Of a DNA stretch of 49,949 nucleotides, positions 45,905 through 49,949 are shown in pieces (within the stretch, counting starts at the first letter, position 1; the number at the start of each line of letters is the position of its first letter). Under the pieces are notes generated by a model that saw nothing but the letters and a program-made list of their open reading frames with translations, did not search any database and was not told where the DNA came from. Source of the stretch: a phage. The position numbers and the translations under genes are program-made. The stretch lies in the sequence record OZ470806.1; one strand, written 5' to 3'.

Positions 45905-46495
45905 ATGAAGCGCGACATTATCATCCTTAACGGACCGCCAGGAGTTGGCAAGGATACGCTTGCGGCATACTTAACGGGCCATCGTTACGCAGCCGTAAAG
46001 GCATTATTCAAACAGCCGATGTTCGATATTGCATTTTCCATGCTTGGCGTTTACCGATATGACGAGTTCATTGATCTGTATAACGACCGCGAGCAGAAAG
46101 AAAAGCCTCAAGCAATCTTGCAAGGCAAGTCGCCTCGCCAGTTCATGATCTGGATTAGCGAAGAAGTTATGAAGCCAGCTTTTGGCGAGCAATATTTCGG
46201 AAATCGCATGGTTGAGCAAGTACACGAAATGTACAGAGATTTGGCTGTTGTAATTAGTGATGGCGGATTCCCTGAAGAAATCAAGCCGCTAGTTAAGGCA
46301 GGCCATGAAGTTCACATTTGCCGACTGCATCGCGAAGGCTTCACGTTTGATGGCGATTCACGAAACTATATTGACCTGAGCGGATACCATCACCGCGTAA
46401 AACATTACGACTTCACAATGATTGATGGCGACCCAGAAAAGACTGTTGACGAGATCATCAAAACGGTCCAGTGGAAACACATTAAGATCAAATAG
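45905..46495 (+). CDS. deoxynucleoside monophosphate kinase-like P-loop kinase
   Basis: N-terminal IIILNGPPGVGKDT P-loop, resembling T4 gp1-type dNMP kinase N-terminus. Confidence 0.6.
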   Translation: MKRDIIILNGPPGVGKDTLAAYLTGHRYAAVKALFKQPMFDIAFSMLGVYRYDEFIDLYNDREQKEKPQAILQGKSPRQFMIWISEEVMKPAFGEQYFGNRMVEQVHEMYRDLAVVISDGGFPEEIKPLVKAGHEVHICRLHREGFTFDGDSRNYIDLSGYHHRVKHYDFTMIDGDPEKTVDEIIKTVQWKHIKIK

Positions 46496-46535
46496 CACGA
46501 ATTGCTAAAAGCGGGGCGCAATGCCTCGCTATAAT
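46492..46535 (+). promoter_or_regulatory. promoter with conserved element variant
   Basis: ATAGCACGAATTGCTAAAAG + 19-nt spacer + TATAAT. Confidence 0.45.
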
Positions 46536-46565
46536 GCAAACACCAATCAACGAGAGGAAATCATC

Positions 46566-46970
46566 ATGGTAGAGTTAAACGACATTCGCGTTGGAACAAA
46601 ATTTCGCGTAACCTGGGTATATGATGAGCGATGCGGCATTCGTAAAGGCGAGATTGTAACGGCTTCCGATCGCTATATCGGATCGTTAAAAGAGTTTAAC
46701 CGACCACGCATCAAGAATGGCTATATCATTACTCGACGACTTGGCTTTGATCATTATTGCGTAGTGGCAACTCAAGGAGTTTTGATTGAGCTTAAGCGAA
46801 TCAGCGATCATCGCGGCTGCCATGTTAAGACAATGAAAATGCAATTTCAGCGAGCGAGATACGATGCGCGACGGATGCGCCGACTTGCGCGCAATGCGAT
46901 CAAGTTCAAAAAGCCTGGTGGTGATTTTTACGGCATGTACAAGGGGATTTCGCGAAATGCTGGGAAATAA
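46566..46970 (+). CDS. hypothetical protein
   Basis: ATG 46566 after RBS GAGAGGAAA. Confidence 0.4.
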   Translation: MVELNDIRVGTKFRVTWVYDERCGIRKGEIVTASDRYIGSLKEFNRPRIKNGYIITRRLGFDHYCVVATQGVLIELKRISDHRGCHVKTMKMQFQRARYDARRMRRLARNAIKFKKPGGDFYGMYKGISRNAGK

Positions 46971-47069
46971 CAACAATGCAACCAACCCAAAGCCACCGTT
47001 TGATTTTCATGAAATCATGATTGTGTTATTCTTGATTCTCTTAGTTATTTATTCAGTGAGGGCCGCACT

Positions 47070-47333
47070 ATGGTTTTTAACGCACTAAAACGAATCTTTA
47101 AACATGAATACCGGATCGTTGCTTGCACAGAATGCAAGATTTATTACCTGCAACGCCGCCGCGTTATTAGTGGCGATTGGGAATATCTTACGGATGATGA
47201 TTTCGGCTTTTGGGCTATGGAGTTCAATAGCTACAGTGAGGCGCGTGAATACGCTAAAAAGTTGCACAAGTTCCGACCTTACAAACTGCGTTTGCTGGTT
47301 GTCAAAAAGTGCGACGTATGGGATCACGAATGA
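47070..47333 (+). CDS. hypothetical protein
   Basis: 87 aa; CTEC motif. Confidence 0.4.
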   Translation: MVFNALKRIFKHEYRIVACTECKIYYLQRRRVISGDWEYLTDDDFGFWAMEFNSYSEAREYAKKLHKFRPYKLRLLVVKKCDVWDHE

Positions 47334-47506
47334 AAAGAGTAATTATCACCTTTATTGCACTTATCGCTGGTTCCCACTTGGCTTATGGGTATAGCGGCAT
47401 TGTTGAGTCAATCGGTGGATTGATTATCTTCATGGCTGGCGCATGTTACGGATACGGCGATGGATTTAAAAACGGCAAGCGTTACATCCTGACTGGGAAG
47501 AAATAA
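47330..47506 (+). CDS. small membrane protein
   Basis: ATG 47330 overlapping upstream stop; Gly-rich hydrophobic segments. Confidence 0.4.
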   Translation: MKRVIITFIALIAGSHLAYGYSGIVESIGGLIIFMAGACYGYGDGFKNGKRYILTGKK

Positions 47507-47548
47507 TGTTAACCGCGCCGCTTCGGTGGCGCTAAAAGGAGGAAACAA

Positions 47549-47836
47549 ATGGCTAAAAGCAATCGTAAAATGTTGATTAACGCATTCGAAAAGGCAGCGC
47601 TTGAGCGTGGTTGGAATGACTCATTTCACACGGCAAACTGTATCCGCCGTTACGGATTCAAGAATTGCCGCTCATGGGCGCGTCAAATGGCTTCATGGTA
47701 TGATCTTGATGCGCATTACCTTGATATGGATTGCGCCCTGGTTGAAATGATTGAGCAGGCCGCACTAGAGGATCGACCATTAACGCAATCTGATTTTGAC
47801 GATTTTGTGCGCGATGAAATCTATTACATGAGCTAA
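47549..47836 (+). CDS. hypothetical protein
   Basis: 95 aa; RBS AAAGGAGGAAACAA. Confidence 0.45.
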   Translation: MAKSNRKMLINAFEKAALERGWNDSFHTANCIRRYGFKNCRSWARQMASWYDLDAHYLDMDCALVEMIEQAALEDRPLTQSDFDDFVRDEIYYMS

Positions 47837-47879
47837 TAGCACTTTTTGTTAAAACTTCCGCGAGGGCATTTGTTAAAGT
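47836..47879 (+). promoter_or_regulatory. promoter with conserved 20-bp element (weak -10)
   Basis: ATAGCACTTTTTGTTAAAAC + 19-nt spacer + TAAAGT. Confidence 0.35.
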
Positions 47880-47911
47880 GTCCTCATTGAAGCGAAACAG
47901 AGGAAATCAAA

Positions 47912-48124
47912 ATGAAAATTCGAATCACCAGGGTTGACATTGACCGTAACGACGGAAGCATTACCCTTGAGCAATGCGGATTCAAAGTTGGTGACATTGT
48001 AGAGGTTGACGGATTCTTTCGCGATGGTTCTTACTGCGTGTTAGCAATCCGCAACACGGAAGAAATTCGAATCGGTGATAACATCGGCGTAAACCATGAC
48101 GAATGCGAGGTAGTAGAAGAATGA
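47912..48124 (+). CDS. hypothetical protein
   Basis: 70 aa; RBS AGAGGAAATCAAA. Confidence 0.45.
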   Translation: MKIRITRVDIDRNDGSITLEQCGFKVGDIVEVDGFFRDGSYCVLAIRNTEEIRIGDNIGVNHDECEVVEE

Positions 48125-48354
48125 TCACGATTAACCTTTCAGAGAAGCAAGCATATCAAGTGATGCGCTACATTTCTGGCTTTGGTATGGAAGGCGCTAT
48201 TGGTGAGGTTGCGGATCAGATTTGCCGCCAACTTACACCAGCACCAACGCGAGCGGCAGAAACTGCCGCATGGCGCAACGAGGCTGGATACATCCAGAAA
48301 GCTATTGAAGACTGGAAGCGCAAAAACGAGACTGCGGAGGATGCAGGATTATGA
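48121..48354 (+). CDS. hypothetical protein
   Basis: ATG 48121 overlapping upstream stop (ATGA). Confidence 0.4.
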   Translation: MITINLSEKQAYQVMRYISGFGMEGAIGEVADQICRQLTPAPTRAAETAAWRNEAGYIQKAIEDWKRKNETAEDAGL

Positions 48355-48665
48355 TTTACATTCACTACTACCAGATCGGGACAAACGAAAACAAGCAGGA
48401 GCGCAGAGCAATTTGTGACACGCTCGAAGATGCGAAAGCACAGCAACGCGTTTTGGGTGGTGTAATTCAGGCTTTTGAGCCAGTGGAAGACATAGAGCAC
48501 AGAGAGCATTTGAAAGAGATTGTTGTTGATGAAATTTCATCACTAATCGACGACATGACAAATCACGGTCCTGGTTCTCCGTGGGAAGAAGCTGGATCGA
48601 CGGAGTGGGATTGCGCTAAAGTTTCAACGATTAACAACTTTCGTGAGTTGCTCGACGATTTTTAA
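48351..48665 (+). CDS. hypothetical protein
   Basis: 104 aa, acidic; ATGA coupling. Confidence 0.4.
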   Translation: MIYIHYYQIGTNENKQERRAICDTLEDAKAQQRVLGGVIQAFEPVEDIEHREHLKEIVVDEISSLIDDMTNHGPGSPWEEAGSTEWDCAKVSTINNFRELLDDF

Positions 48666-48735
48666 TTAAAATTGAATGCCTCATACAGCGAACAGGACGC
48701 ATTTTGACGAGGCATTTTTTAGGTAAGGTGATTCA

Positions 48736-48864
48736 ATGGGTAGCTACATAAAACCGTCGCAATGGTGCGCACAGAAGCAAGAGGAAGCATTAGAGCGTGG
48801 CGACACTGAAACAGCAATGCACTATTTCGAAATGTACAACTTGTGGAAGGGTAGAGGTCTGTAA
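48736..48864 (+). CDS. small protein (42 aa)
   Basis: ATG with RBS AGGTAAGGTG; stop overlaps next ATG; below ORF-track cutoff. Confidence 0.35.
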   Translation: MGSYIKPSQWCAQKQEEALERGDTETAMHYFEMYNLWKGRGL

Positions 48865-49094
48865 TGTTTGGAATGAACGAGGCACAATTCAACGCTGCAA
48901 AACGCCAGGCTAAGAAGTGCGGCGAGGCAATGAAGGCGGATGTTGAAAAGCGCGGGAAGTATGTTGATGAAGTCATGAAGGGCATTATTGCCGAACATTA
49001 TCAGCCAGTTGCGCCAATGCTGACAATTACACAATTCATCTGGTTGTGTGGTTATCTTCGTGGGAGATGGGGAAACGCATTTGACCGCGAATGA
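48864..49094 (+). CDS. hypothetical protein
   Basis: 76 aa; coupled to upstream small ORF. Confidence 0.4.
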   Translation: MFGMNEAQFNAAKRQAKKCGEAMKADVEKRGKYVDEVMKGIIAEHYQPVAPMLTITQFIWLCGYLRGRWGNAFDRE

Positions 49095-49123
49095 TTGACA
49101 ACGATTTCCTGATTGGTTAGCAT
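49095..49123 (+). promoter_or_regulatory. sigma70-like promoter TTGACA-17-TAGCAT
   Basis: consensus -35 TTGACA immediately after stop codon, 17-nt spacer, TAGCAT. Confidence 0.4.
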
Positions 49124-49258
49124 ATTCAGCGTTTACATAAGAGCGGCATTAGTGCCGAACGGGTGGCGCGGTTGCCACGCAACAATGGCGATGTGCTGGA
49201 GGTTATTGCGATGCAATATAATCCGTAAGACGTATCGCCTTTTTTTATAGGTGAATAT

Positions 49259-49492
49259 ATGGAAAAGTACAAATTAACTTTCATGTTTAATAGCATGGTG
49301 ATGAATCCCTTAAATGGTTACGCTTGCAATAGCTTTTCTGTTACCGTTAATGAGGATGAAATTGATGATGATGGAAAATTCATTCGAATTGGTGAATACT
49401 TGTACCCAGTGCACAATATCAATTGCATCAAACGCGAGATCGTAAAAGATGAAGTACAAGGTAAGGTTGACGATCAGGCGAATGGGGCGTAA
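49259..49492 (+). CDS. hypothetical protein
   Basis: 77 aa; RBS AGGTGAATAT. Confidence 0.4.
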   Translation: MEKYKLTFMFNSMVMNPLNGYACNSFSVTVNEDEIDDDGKFIRIGEYLYPVHNINCIKREIVKDEVQGKVDDQANGA

Positions 49493-49634
49493 TTGCTCGT
49501 CATGTAGACAAAGTTTTGAATGTGAGGTTGAAGCGCGCGGAGAGCTTGAGGCAGCAGCAAGAGCAAAAGAGTTGTCCGGTGCTAATCAAGACACTCACCA
49601 GTTTTCAATAGATCTTGTAAGGAAAATGTCATGA
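49449..49634 (+). CDS. hypothetical protein (start uncertain)
   Basis: 61-aa ORF overlapping 3' end of previous gene; Cys-x2-Cys motif; no clear RBS. Confidence 0.25.
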   Translation: MKYKVRLTIRRMGRNCSSCRQSFECEVEARGELEAAARAKELSGANQDTHQFSIDLVRKMS

Positions 49635-49870
49635 GTTCTGTAATTATTGGTTTGGTTGCTTTAATCATTGGTGTTCTAATCGGCTTTGTTGCTGTATCTT
49701 TCGTGGTGGCTGTTGGTGTTCGCTATAAGTCAAAAAAAGGTGAATTTGCTTTAGCGTTTTGGGATGAAGATCAGAAAGTTTGGCAGGTTCGCGGTCACTA
49801 CTTATCAATCGGTGGCAGGATTCACAGCACTATGAAGACAAATCCAGAAAAAGTAAAATACAAGTATTGA
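49631..49870 (+). CDS. small membrane protein
   Basis: 79 aa; N-terminal TM segment; RBS AAGGAAA. Confidence 0.45.
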   Translation: MSSVIIGLVALIIGVLIGFVAVSFVVAVGVRYKSKKGEFALAFWDEDQKVWQVRGHYLSIGGRIHSTMKTNPEKVKYKY

Positions 49871-49877
49871 ACAACTA

Positions 49878-49899
49878 CCCGCCAAATGGCGGGTTTTTT
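49878..49899 (+). terminator. rho-independent terminator
   Basis: hairpin CCCGCC-aaat-GGCGGG followed by T6. Confidence 0.65.
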
Positions 49900-49916
49900 A
49901 TTGCCTGCAATTTGTC

Positions 49917-49944
49917 TATAATGATGCTTTGTTATAAAGGAGGG
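49917..49944 (+). promoter_or_regulatory. TATAAT -10 and RBS for terS across window junction
   Basis: TATAAT 49917-49922; AAGGAGG 49938-49944; ATG at window position 2. Confidence 0.35.
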
Positions 49945-49949
49945 CGCAT

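Noticed and set aside
29371-47879. Possibility that the recurring 20-bp element is a CRISPR-like array
   Set aside because: Copies are 0.5-2 kb apart with whole genes between them, occur in both orientations matching gene direction, and each is followed by a -10 hexamer at fixed spacing; this is promoter-like, not repeat-spacer architecture
1-49949. tRNA genes, integrase, repressor or attachment site
   Set aside because: No cloverleaf-compatible sequence with a GTTCGAATC-like T-arm outside coding regions, and no ORF with recombinase or repressor motifs; consistent with a virulent phage, though a tRNA scan was not run

Overview
The window reads as an essentially complete, circularly permuted genome of a virulent T1-like siphophage of an enterobacterial host (established_knowledge of T1-type gene order, plus inference; no database search was possible). 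The rightward late module runs from terS/terL through portal, head, neck and tail genes to a lambda-like M-L-K-I-J tail tip (2-20607), with a canonical -1 frameshift in the tail chaperone and a frame break in the gpK homologue. It is followed by a leftward cor-like lipoprotein gene, a recombination module (PD-(D/E)xK exonuclease, Erf, SSB), a leftward block with a tail fibre and primase, then helicase, VRR-NUC nuclease, Dam methyltransferase and a lysis cassette (holin, SAR-type endolysin, unimolecular spanin). The most unusual regions are a leftward accessory cassette (35896-41013) containing a minimal C5-cytosine-methyltransferase-like gene and a large P-loop protein, and a rightward array of small early genes (41744-49870). 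A conserved 20-bp element (consensus ATAGCACTTTTTGTTAAAAC) recurs at least 15 times, usually fused to the stop codon of one gene and placed a fixed 19 bp before a -10-like hexamer for the next. Two large AT/TG-rich intergenic regions about 20 kb apart share about 160 bp of similarity. No tRNA, CRISPR array, integrase or repressor was found. All functional calls rest on motifs and synteny read from the sequence, not on homology searches.
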